DNA from: Squalus acanthias
Lineage: Eukaryota
NCBI GenBank assembly: GCA_030390025.1
Contig: CM059432.1
Span: 90,026,001-90,090,000 of the forward strand
Direction: 5' to 3'
DNA: 64,000 bases
Numbering within the stretch: the stretch's first letter is position 1; every line of letters begins with the position of its first letter. Of this stretch, positions 1 to 10,456 are shown one piece after another. Both the position numbers and the translations under genes were made by a program. A model generated the notes under the pieces. That model worked only from the letters and a program-made list of their open reading frames with translations. It was not told where the DNA came from and ran no database searches.

Positions 1-300
1 TCGGGACACCCAGTGAGGTGAGGTGTACCCGCCTCCTGATGGGTGCAAGCCGGTCCCCTAGGGATCTAAGCCAGCAATTAGCCTGGACACCTGAATAATC
101 GAGATTCTTTAAAAAAAAATCTTGATTGACTCCTTTACACAGGGGGCTGAGGAAACATGGCTGGCATCTGGGGAGGCCCTGGCAACTCCCCACCTCAATG
201 GTGGATTGGTGCTGGATTTTCCTGCTGGATGGGCAAGCAGATGCTGGAAGTGCGTCAACAGTGGTGTAGGTGCACACCTGTCCTGTGCAAATCAGGAGTC

Positions 301-1165
301 ATAAGAATATAAGAACATAAGAATTAGGAGCAGGAGTAGGCCATACGGCCCTTCGAGCCTGCTCCGCCATTCAATAAGATCATGGCTGATCTTCGACCTC
401 AATTCCACTTTCCCGCCCAATCTCCATATCCCTTGATTCCAAAAATCTATTTATCTCAGCCTTGAATATACTCAACGACTCAGCATCCATAGCCCTTTGT
501 GGTAGAGAATTCCAAAGATTCACAACCCTCTGAGTGAAGAAATTCCCCCTCATCACAGTCTTAAATGGCCGATCCCTTATTCTGAGACTATGCCCCCTAG
601 TTCTAGACTCTCCAGCCAGGGGAACAACCTCTCAGCATCTACCCTGACAATCCCTCTCAGAATCTTATATGTTTCAATGAGATCACCTTTCATTATTCTA
701 AACTCCAGAGAGTATAGGCCCATTCTACTCAATCTCTCCTCATAGGACAGTCCTCTCATCCCAGGGATCAATCTAGTGAACCTTCATTGCACCGCCTCCA
801 AGGCAATTATGTCCTTTCTCAAATAAGGAGACCAAAACTGTGCACAGTACTCCAGGTGTGGTCTCACCAAAGCCCTGTACAATTGTAGTAAGACATCCTT
901 ACTCTTGTACTCCAACCCCTTGCAATAAAGGCCAACATGCCATTTGCCTTCCTAATTGCTTGCTGTACCTGTATGCTAACTTTCTGTGTTTCATGTACCA
1001 GGACACCTAAATCTCTCTGAACACCAACATTTAATAGTTTATCACCATTTAAAAAATATTCTGTTTTTCTATTATTCCTACCTATGTTAATAACCTCACA
1101 TTTCCCCACATTATACTCCATCTGCCACCTTATTGCCTACTCACTTAACCTGTCTATATCCCTTT
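301..1165 (-). mobile_element. CR1-type LINE copy 1, 3' part (ORF2 C-terminus and 3' UTR), split by Harbinger B
   Basis: ORFs 577..771 (MIPGMRGLSYEERLSRMGLYSLEFR..DLIETYKIL) and 864..1121 (MEYNVGKCEVINIGR..QRDLGVLVH) are typical CR1 ORF2 C-terminal segments. 3' end matches the copies at 18748 and 60398. Confidence 0.95.
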
Positions 1166-1875
1166 GCCGGAATTTTCTGGGGTCCGTGCGGGCGCAATCG
1201 GAGGCGGGTCGGGTGGGAAATTTGAAAAAAGTCAGAGCGGGTTGGGAACCTGCCGTCATCCCGCCACAGCGCACCTTTCCCTCGGGCGCGTTTGCCAGTG
1301 CGGCAGCGACCCGACCGGCAGAGGCGGGCGACCTAATTGAAATCATTGTAAGCTTGTTGTCAGACACTTAAGAGCCATTTTCCCCCTATATTTCAAGGGG
1401 GAAAAATTCAGTTGATTAGCGCCTCCCGTTAGCACCCTAAGAGGGCGATAACGGGGCGCAAAGCAATTAGCGCCCGAGCGTGGCAATGCTTGCGCCGCTC
1501 GCGAAATTGACCAGACATTTTGCGGCGGCGCTAAATACTACCGCCATGATCTCCTGCGCCCGCAGATCGTGATGTCAGTCGAGCGTGCAACGCCCCTGTA
1601 GCGCCCCGGACCGGATATTGAGTGGCGCCCCCTGCCTTTCCGCCTGCCGCTAGCAACGACAGGTAGAGGGGAACGTTTTGTTGCAGTCAGGAAGGAACTG
1701 GGGGAGCGCTATTTAAAGGCGGCCGCTTCCTGCCTTTTTTTGTCGGCGACATTTTTGCACCACGCATTCTGAGAGAGCGAGAGAGACTCCTGGAGAGATT
1801 CAACGCTGTGTGAAGGAGCAGCACTTTGTAGGTTCATTTTGATTCGACCTTCCTTGCATTGATTTGGAAGAGACT

Positions 1876-3055
1876 TTGGGGGCTGCACTGATTCAATGCG
1901 TCATCCTGCACCTGCAGAATCGGAGGCATCAGAGACGCAGAGAGAGAGTGGCAAACATGACCAGAGGGAGGAGGGCCAACAGGCCTCTGCGCAGGAGACC
2001 TTACCCTCCCAGGGTATTCCGGGAGCAATTCTCCTACATTCATTTGTCTGAGGAGCAGTGTTTGTGCAGGCTGCGCTTCAGCAAGGAGGTGGTCACTGAG
2101 CTCTGCCACCTGCTGCAACCAGATCTGTAGCCTCAACTCAGGACCAGGACGTCTCTGTTGGCAGTGAAGGTGACAGTGGCTCTGAATTTTTATGCCAGCG
2201 GCTCCTTTCAAGCATCTACTGGGGACATCGCCAATATCACCCAGTTCGCTGTCCATTGCTGTATCCGGGAGGTGACAAATGCCCTGTATAAAAGGAGACG
2301 CCAGTACATCTCTTTCCCCATGACCCGGGGCAAACAGCATGAACGCACATTGGGCTTTGCAAGGATAGCGGGCTTCCCCATGGTGCAGGGCACCATTGAC
2401 TGCACGCATGTGGCATTGCGGGCACCGCATGAAAATGCAGAGGTATTCCGAAACCGCAAGGGCTACCACTCCTTAAATGTACAGTTGTTCTGTGACCACA
2501 GACAGCTGATACTCGCCGTCAATGCCCGCTATCCTGGCAGCAGCCACGAAGCTTTCATCCTGCACCAGACTGGTGTGCCAGACCTTTTCCAGGCACCACA
2601 TCACCCAAGTGGATGACTCCTCGGGGACAAGGGTTATCCACTCTGCACCTGGCTGATGACACCGCTCCGTAACCCCAACACCCCTGCCGAGCTGCGGTAC
2701 AATGAGAGCCATCTCGCCACCAGGAACATCATTGAGCAGACGATCGGCGTGCTCAAGCAACAGTTCCGCTGTCTGGACCACTCAGGAGGAGCCCTGCAGT
2801 AATCTCCTGAGCGAGTCTCCCTGTTCATAGTTGTGTGCTGCATGCTTCACAACCTGGCAATCCTGAGGACCCAGCCAATGCCACCAGGGATTGATGCACC
2901 ACCTGAGGTGGAGGAGGAGGAAGAGGAGGAGGATGAGGTGGATGTCAAGCAGCAGCACCAACGTGGGAGGGAGGCGCACAATCCAACGTGGGAGGGAGGC
3001 GCACAATGTTGCCACTGCAAGGGCCGTCCGTCAACAGCTGATAAGTCGCTTCTAG
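1876..3055 (+). pseudogene. Harbinger DDE transposase (HARBI1-like, DDE_Tnp_4-type), inactivated
   Basis: One frame carries RLRFSKE, VKVTVALNFYASGSFQ, GFPMVQGTIDCTH, NRKGYHSLNVQ, YPGSSHE (usually HD), [27 protein letters not shown] and an acidic tract. Stops at 2128, 2614 and 2800; start codon probably mutated (TTG at 1876); a 25-bp duplication frameshifts the C-terminus ARAVRQQLISRF*. Confidence 0.95.
2958..3007 (+). repeat. Perfect 25-bp tandem duplication
   Basis: CCAACGTGGGAGGGAGGCGCACAAT twice (2958-2982, 2983-3007). Confidence 0.95.
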
Positions 3056-3361
3056 GCCCCTACTGAGAAGATGGCTCTGGCATGGAGAACAACATCATGG
3101 AAATCAACCCGCATCACCTATTGTCAGCCAAAGCTGGAATGATTCCAAAGGCTAAAAATGTAAATTTTGAATACAACAACTTTTTTCTTTATAAACTCTG
3201 TGTCATTTATTCAGGACAAACAATTAGAAACAAACACAACAAATCATGAATTAACAGAACTGGTTCTCACAAACTGGAGATAAACAGCAAAACAGTAAAC
3301 AAATGTAATCACATGAACCTTGACCTTTACCACAAACATTCCCACCACTTATTTAGACCTC

Positions 3362-5121
3362 CTACTGTTTGCCCTTCAAGGATGATCTCCATCCCCTGTG
3401 CACTTCCCCCCTTCCCACCCGACTGCTCCTCCGTAATGGGGCCCCAGTGGCTGCAGCAAGGCTGGTGGAAGGCTGCTGAATGTCAGATGCAGAGACTACC
3501 GATGCCCTTGAAGGACGCCCTCGACCAGCTCTGGGCCTGGAGGCCCCGGCTGCAGACTGCACCAACTCTGCATGGGCGGCAGCAGTCTGTGCTGTCTGTG
3601 TTGCAGGCAGTGGCAAGTGCAATGGGGAAGTGCCAGTGGTGGGAGCAGGAATGCAGTCATCCTGAGAGAGGACAGCACCTTCCTGCTCGACCGACACATT
3701 GGCACTCCCACGGGGCAGTACCTCAGCATCTGGAGCAATCTGCTCGAGCATAGATTGCTGGCCTGCTGCGGCACCATGAGAGCCCCAGGGCAATGTGGGT
3801 GACCCAGCGAGGATGGCAGCAGTCAGTGCTTGCGTGACATCAATCTGAGACTGCATGAGAGCAGTCTGAGACTGGATGGCAGCAGCCAGTGACTGAATTG
3901 CAGCACTAAGCCGTTGCGTTGCGTCGGCCTATGCTGCAGCGGACTGCTCCACACTCCTTGCCAGTCCATCAATGCTTTTGGGCACCCTTGCCATTGCACC
4001 CATGAGCTCAGTGTGCATGCTCAAGGCCTGGCGATTCATTTCCGCGATGACGCGCTCCTCCTCTGCATCCAGTGCAGCAGGACTCGCACTGCAGATGGCC
4101 CCCAAACTTCCCTACCCCCATGGCGTTGCTGCAGCCCACTGGGTCCAGCAGCTTTGCCCTCATCAGACTCTACCCCCCTGCTCCCCTCCAGGGAAGGCGT
4201 GGTCCCAGTGTCGGAATGGGCTCCCTCGGGAGACGCAGGCGGTGAGGCTCCGGCTTCCTCTTCCTCCTCGCCTGGGGCGTTGCTGCCACTGGTAGGTTGA
4301 GGGACAGGCTGCTCAGCTGGTGATTCACTATCTGAAAGCAGGGAGGTACAAGAGTGGCTTTAGCGTCAGGACAGGGGGACCATAAGGGAGCAAGGACTGG
4401 AGACATTTAGTAAGTTGGATTGAAAGTGTAAAAGGCTGGTGTTGTGAGGAGCAAGTGAAATGAGAGAGGAGAGAAAGCTGATGAACATACCATTGCTGTC
4501 CCCAAGGGGGTCGACCTCTCCAGTGGCCACGGCACCTATGACCCGGCTGGCAACGATCCTGTGCACGTGCGCCTCCAAATCGGTCAGGGGGTGTAGGTCA
4601 GCCGGTCCTCCACCCGTGCGTTGCTGCTGGTGCCTGTTATGAGAGAGCTTGGCCTGCAAGAAAAAGGACGGCGTCTGAGTGAATGTGCAGCCATGTGCTT
4701 GCCTGATGTGCCTCCCATAGTTGAATAGCCCTTAATGTATGCAAGGTGTGGAATGTGCGTGTGTGTTTTATGAGATGGCCATAGGTCTTGGATGAGTGTT
4801 GGGCATTTGGGGTTTTTAAACCCCCTGGGCACAGAGTGAAGATGAGATGGAGGGATGGAGAGATATTGAAAAGCAGCCACTCACCCTGACCACCCGAGTG
4901 AGGTTGTTGAACGTCTTTCGACATTGGGTGTGGGTCCTGGGCACCAGGCTCCTGGAGGAGACGTGCTGAGCCACCTCCCTCCAGAATCTTCTGTATTCGC
5001 GTGGTAATGGCCTCCTGCCACTCTGTGGGTAGAGTACTGCCCTTTGCCGCTCCACAGCACCAACCAGAGCCACCAAGGCCCGCTCGCTGAAGCGCTGAGC
5101 TCTTTCCCTGGGCGCCTCCAT
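3362..5121 (-). pseudogene. Harbinger A Myb/SANT-like (trihelix) DNA-binding protein, three exons
   Basis: Exon 1 5121-4885 MEAPRERAQRFSERALVAL..WREVA..RTHTQCRKTFNNL, donor GTGAGT. Exon 2 4653-4491 AKLSHNR..RTGGGPADL, ttgcag acceptor and GTATGT donor. Exon 3 from 4331 (tttcag): acidic, then coiled-coil-like, ending KGKQ* at 3362; one frameshift near 4085 and one internal stop. Confidence 0.88.
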
Positions 5122-5802
5122 TGTACTTTCCAACAGAATTGATGTACAGGTCTATCCAGGCTGAGATTCAAGGCTGCAATGAGCAGGGTGTGGCTGGAGA
5201 GCAAGATCAACCCTCGCCTTTAAGAACTGGCCGGCGCCAGTGTGTCTGTGTTCCATAGCTAACTGACATCACCTGAGCTTCGCCAGCGCTCTGAGGTAGC
5301 ACCTCGCTCCTCGGCGTTAGCACCTTAAGAGAGGTGTGTAGCGCCTGATTTAGCGCTCCAATCACCTCCAGGGGCGATAGAGGCCAAGTTTGCAGTCGGA
5401 GGCGATAATTAGCGCCAGGCGCTAAACTTTGTGCCCGGCCGATAATTGCGCCCCAAACGGGGCGACACTGAATTTCTCCCCCCATATTTCCCTGCATGGC
5501 CACAGGATTCACGCAGCTCAGGAACTACATCTGTCAACCTGAGGTGGGAGTTGAGTAGCCATTGCTCCAGCTGATTACTTGACAGCATCAAATGTAGTTT
5601 AAAAGCTCTCACCTCACAGCTGATCACTTTCCTCAGGCAGAAGCTGTTGCTGACTGCATTGCCAGCAAAGATTTAACTTTCTGCAGCCTGCAAGTGTTTC
5701 CAGCAAAGTCTCCATCCAGTGTCACCTCATTGGAAGAACCTCTCTCACTACTGACAGATTGCTTCTGTCAACACAACTTGACCTGCCATCTATTCCATCA
5801 GC

Positions 5803-5995
5803 ATGGGCGCCGTTTATACTGTCTCACCTTGGTCCTCAGAATCTGACCAAAATGAGACCCAAAACCAGCAGCACCAGGCACACCAACAACACCACCAACC
5901 TTCTCCACAACCATCTGATGCTGCACAGGACAGAGAGCATCAGCACCCAAGCACATTGCTGTCCTGAAAGCCTCATCATGGCCAGATTTACTTAA
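5803..5995 (+). pseudogene. Vestigial family-B transposase: N-terminal stub joined to the extreme C-terminus
   Basis: MGAVYTVSPW.. start followed within 200 bp by ..LIMARFT*. The copy-2 equivalent reads AREARDGLTMARFT*, resembling the element A transposase end. No DDE core. Confidence 0.6.
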
Positions 5996-6279
5996 CTTTA
6001 CGCTGTACACCCATATGGCTGCCACATGCTACGCCAGGTTGGCACTGCCCCACAGCAACACTATAAACCATCCCCACAATGACCAATCCATTCACTATTG
6101 GTGGAGGTACCATTATGTCTCACCATTCACTGCAACTCACTAAGCCACTTCCAAAGGTGAACACAAATTTCTCCAAGACTGGAAACTGGTGAAAATAAAG
6201 ATTTTTATGGTTGAGATCACATTAACAGAAACTTGACATCAACATTGAATAAAACACTCAAGTGGCTACCCTTGTGAAT

Positions 6280-8121
6280 CTACTTGTGTGTCATCTTTCT
6301 CTTCCGCGTGCTTCTACGAGGTGCTACCCCTGTGGCTTCAGCAGAGGTAGAGGCAGCCTGCTCACTTCCCTGCTGTGACTGCTTAGACACTCTTGGTGGA
6401 TGTCCTCTGAGTTTTGGAGCCTCTGATGGCCCCGGCAAAGTCTGCTCCTCCTACGACTGTGCAGGGGCAGACTCAGCCATCGCTGTCCGATGAGGCATCT
6501 GGGGCTCTGACTGAGGGGGTGGCAACAGGGAGAAGTGGTTTGAGAGGAGCCCACACTTCCATGTCCCCTCTCACCATAATCCCTCTCATGGGCCACCCGC
6601 ACTTCCCTGCTAGCAAGAAGCTGGAGAGCACCTTGCTGCACATCAGTGGGGCCATGAGGACCCACGTCTACGCTGACATCCCTCCTAGAGAGGAGGTCTA
6701 TAAGCTTCTGCCATCTATTCTCCATAGATAGCATGTGCTCATGTGAGTGGCATATCAGCTGCTCCATGCAGGTGGCCATCCTTTCCATGGAAGAGCCTAC
6801 AGTTGCCATCGCCTGCAACACATTAGGCCTCATGTTGGAGATGAACTCCTCCATTCTCTGAACATTTGCAGACATTGCGGTTGCAAAAACTGTCAGAGCC
6901 TCCTGCACTTCTTGCTGCACCTCCAGGATCGCCCTCTTTCTGGATGGCCCCCGAGGCTCAGCGTCTGCATGCAGCTGAGCAGAGCTGGGTGCGTCCTGCC
7001 CCCTCCTGTGAGGAGTTTCCACTGCTGTCCCTGTCTTCACCATCTGCTCTTGTTCACTTGTGAGTTGTGAGGCACCAGGTGACAACACTACTCTCGTGTG
7101 GGACCCACCAAGGTGTGCGTATCTGCGCTGGTGCTGGGTGCGCTTATGATTGGTGATTGTGTCCCCTCGGAGGCTGGAGGCTCCTCTGAGGAGTTGTCTT
7201 CCTCTTCCTCCTGTACCATGGGGGGGGCGGGGGAGCTCTTGATGGACCTGTGGGAGAGTAAAGAGATGAGTTAGATATGTCATATGAAGAATGGGTACAG
7301 ATACCATTATGCACATGATGACCAGTCAGTGGCTGATGACATCAGTCTCCATATGAGTGACTGATTTATGCCATGTAGCTGTTTGATATATAATTCTCCC
7401 TCTCTCCGTCTCCCACCTCGAGCTGCTCGGCGAATCCCAATACTTCTAATGCAGCCTCCTCTGCTGTTGTGAGGGTGGTAAATGATGGAGGGCCACCTCC
7501 ACTTCTCTCCCTCGCCCTCTTATTGTGGGCTCTGTTTTCCTGCAAGGAGGGAAAGAAGAGAAGGTTGAGTGAGAATGATGGAATGAGTGTAAGGAATGGA
7601 TGGGTTAGATCTTGAGGGAGACTATGATGGAGTTGGGTGGCAATGCTAAATGGCCTCCTTGTGTGTTGTTAGTTGGTATGATTGCATTAGGATGAGGGTG
7701 AGTGTGAGGGGTGCATAGTAAGATGGGGATGTGATAATGAAGATAGAGAGAGAGGGATGGGTGGACGTGCAAGGTATGTTGGTGTGAGTAATGATGTGCA
7801 GGAATAGGGATGAGAAGGCAGAGTGATGGGGATGTGATGGGAGGCACAGCAGGATGAATTTGAGTGTGGCTTTGTACTCAGCTTTCCTGATCTAATGAGA
7901 TAATTGAAACGTTTGCGGCACTGCACCCAGGTCCTCCTGACCACATCCCTGCTGTTGACCTCCTCTGTAATTTGGAGCCAGGCTCTTTTTGTTTCCTGGG
8001 GAGATCTCTTCCGCCCATTGGAAGGGAAGAGGACCTTACTGCGTGCTCTGACTCCCTGCACAAGCATTTGGAGGGAGTCGTCGGAGAACCTGGGTGCAGC
8101 CCTCTGCCTCTGTGCAGTCAT
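6280..8121 (-). pseudogene. Harbinger B Myb/SANT-like gene, three exons, degenerate
   Basis: Exon 1 8121-7882 [47 protein letters not shown]; donor is CTGAGT here but GTAAGT in copy 2. Exon 2 from 7539 ENRAHNKRARERSGGGPP. Exon 3 from 7247: acidic then coiled-coil-like (ORF 6324..7316), with basic tail PRRSTRKRKMTHK* after a frameshift. Confidence 0.85.
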
Positions 8122-8415
8122 GTTTCCAAGTGTTTGGAGCAATCAAAGCCTCCAATGCAGTGACTGTACACTCCTAGATGATCCTTCAAATGCAATGTGG
8201 CCATGGCTTCTTTAAATCTACCAGCTGAAAACGCATCATGGGTGACATCATCAAACCCGCACCATTCAATAGGGCCGGGTAACACGCTGGGCAGGTTTAA
8301 TAGGCCCCATTGACGCAAAGTCATTTTATGCAGCGGGATGGAAGTAGCAACCGGGTCGTGACCCACCACACCGACCACCCGCACTCGACCCGCCCAAGTA
8401 CAGAAAATTCCGACC

Positions 8416-8705
8416 TTTGTGTCCTCCTCACAGCTTACTTTCCCAACTAGCTTTGTATTGTCAGCAAACTTGGATATATTGCTCTCGGTCCCTTCATCTA
8501 AGTCACTAATATAGATTGTGAATAGCTGAGGCCCAAGCACTGATCCTTGCGGCACCCCACTAGTTATAGCCTGCCAACCAGAAAATGACCCGTTTATCCC
8601 TACTCTCTGTTTTCTGTCCATTAACCAATCCTCTATCCGTGCTAACATAATACCCCCAATCCCATGAGCCCATATCTTGCATAGCAACCTTTTATGTGGC
8701 ACCTT
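8416..8705 (-). mobile_element. CR1 copy 1, 5' part (RT core), 5'-truncated
   Basis: [59 protein letters not shown]. Colinear with 301-1165 by comparison with the uninterrupted copy near 19490. Confidence 0.93.
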
Positions 8706-10203
8706 CCCACGGGCCTTGCAGACTCTGCCAGGGTCTGCGGTGGAGGACACTGGCAGGTGTCACCACCGGGATTGTGCTGCATGGATTTTTGGGGTGCATG
8801 TATTTATAGAGCAAATAGTATTATTCATTATTTTATTGATTTTCTTATTAGATTTCTGTTGTGTAGAGCACAGTATACAGGGATCTAAAAGAGTAAAAAT
8901 AATTTGCTAAAAAAGGAGGAAGCCTTTTTTCCCCCAAGATTTATTTCTGCGGGTTACAGAAAGGCATTAAGCCTATTTTTTTTATAATTCAGTCACTCAG
9001 ATTGTTTGTGCAGTGTGTTGGAATGAGTTACTAAATATTGCTTGGAAAGGAGATATAGACAAAATAGTTCTGGGAAAAGTAGTTACAACAATAGACCTGT
9101 TCAAGAACTAGCTGATCCTGAGAGACCAGAACCAAGGAAGAGTTTGCTTTGGAGGGTCCTGGACCAGAGGATTGTCTGCTGCTAACTAACAAGGGCTGGA
9201 AAAAGGTCAGCTGATGAGGGACACCAACCTCGTGAGGAGCAGTTAATGAGGGATTTGGACCAGGAGGTCAGCTGATGTAGGGCCTTTACCAGGAAAATAT
9301 CTGCAGGTGAAGAACCTTGTAAAGCAACAGGCCAGCGAATGGAAAGGACTTGGACTTGGACTGTTGACGTACTGCATCTGCATCCATAGAAGAGTATCTG
9401 TTGCATGGGCCTTGCGTGCGAGAATGGCTTGCTCCCTGTCAATATGCATAAATTGGACTTTCTATTTTCTTGGATTATGTTAGGCCGTGCGTTGTATTAA
9501 TTTTTTGTTTGTTTCATCTACATGTTTGCATGAATCCAAGTTGGTGCCATTAAATTACCTCACAGACCACAAGCATGGTATAAAGCTGTTATTTTTTTCT
9601 GTACCTGATATCCTTGCATTATTTAAAAATGATTCATCAAGCATATGCACTGGCATCTGAAATTTTTTGATCAGTATTTTGTTTTGTTCTGAGATCACTG
9701 TTGGTGTTCTAAGTTGACTGATAAGAGGGGTAAGTTCAATATTAGTATTGTTTGAGGTATCAGAAGGCCAAATGGTGTAATTGGTGCTAGGGCCTGGTGA
9801 ACTGAGAGAAGGACTGTTACTGTTGTCTCAGCAGCCAGAAATCAGTCCTACGTTACAACTGTAAGAGTTCAAACAAATCCCATGATGGCATTGCAGAGAT
9901 TCTATACAAAGGGTGCCATTAAATGACATCACATGCCACATGTATGTATATTTTCTCATTGCTAGCCCTCTATTATATTTGGATGATACATTAAGTATCA
10001 GTCCAGGTTTCATAAATCTGCTGCTTGTGACTAGTAGTTTTTTTATTCAAATACCAGGTAACTGACAAGAGCTAACACAAAGAAAGTTAAAAAAATGCAC
10101 CCTATAGTATGGGTAACGAGACTCATAATTGGAATAAGCAGATGCCTTTAAGAATCTAGAAATGAGTCAAATTGCACCAATTAGAAAATGTACGGAAATT
10201 AAG

Positions 10204-10456
10204 TTTTTTTTAAATTTGTTTTATGGGATGTGGGCGCCACTGGCAAGGCCAGCATTTATTTCCCATCCCTAATTGCCCTTGAGAAGATGGTGGTGAGCCG
10301 CCACCTTGAACCGCTGCAGTCCTTATGGTGAAGGTACTCCCACAGTGCTGTTAGGTAGGGAGTTCCAGGATTTTGACCCAGTGACGATGAAGGAACGGCG
10401 ATATACTTCTAAGTCAGGATGGTGTGTGACTTGGAGGGGAACTTGGTGGTGTTCCC
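10204..10456 (-). mobile_element. 3' fragment of a second LINE family (CR1/L2 group)
   Basis: Aligns with 50621-50850 (TTTATT.CCCATCC..TTGCCC.TGAGAAG..GAAGGTACTCCCAC..GATTTTGACCCAG), which continues into RT-like sequence. Confidence 0.75.

Larger units (their letters stand above)
1397..5482. mobile_element. Full-length PIF/Harbinger family A element (about 4.09 kb) with convergent transposase and Myb/SANT genes
   Basis: TIRs GGGGGAAAAATTCAGT and ACTGAATTTCTCCCCC (15/16). Flanks CAA/CAT form an imperfect 3-bp TSD. The same ends occur in MITE 51833-52727. Confidence 0.95.
1166..8415. mobile_element. PIF/Harbinger family B, copy 1 (non-autonomous; transposase core deleted, Myb/SANT gene retained; hosts element A)
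   Basis: TIRs GCCGGAATTTTCTG (1166) and CAGAAAATTCCGACC (ends 8415), flanked by TTT on both sides. CR1 sequence resumes at 8416. Both ends align with copy 34158-35706. Confidence 0.9.

Noticed and set aside
1834..2469. 211-aa minus-strand ORF and similar overlapping ORFs at 2.2-4.3 kb
   Set aside because: Antisense shadows of GC-rich transposon coding sequence, with no motifs.
1876..3055. Host HARBI1 gene
   Set aside because: Bounded by TIRs, paired with a Myb gene and carrying several stops: a transposon copy, not the domesticated gene.
8118..8750. 210-aa RT fusion ORF
   Set aside because: Chance read-through from CR1 RT into the Harbinger B terminus.
200..8800. A fourth nesting layer (GGTGCTGGATTTTCC near 208 as another Harbinger end around the CR1)
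   Set aside because: No matching opposite terminus or TSD found after 8705.
9100..9320. Repeated GGTCAGCTGATG motifs as an LTR or enhancer
   Set aside because: Only two exact copies and no boundaries to support a call.
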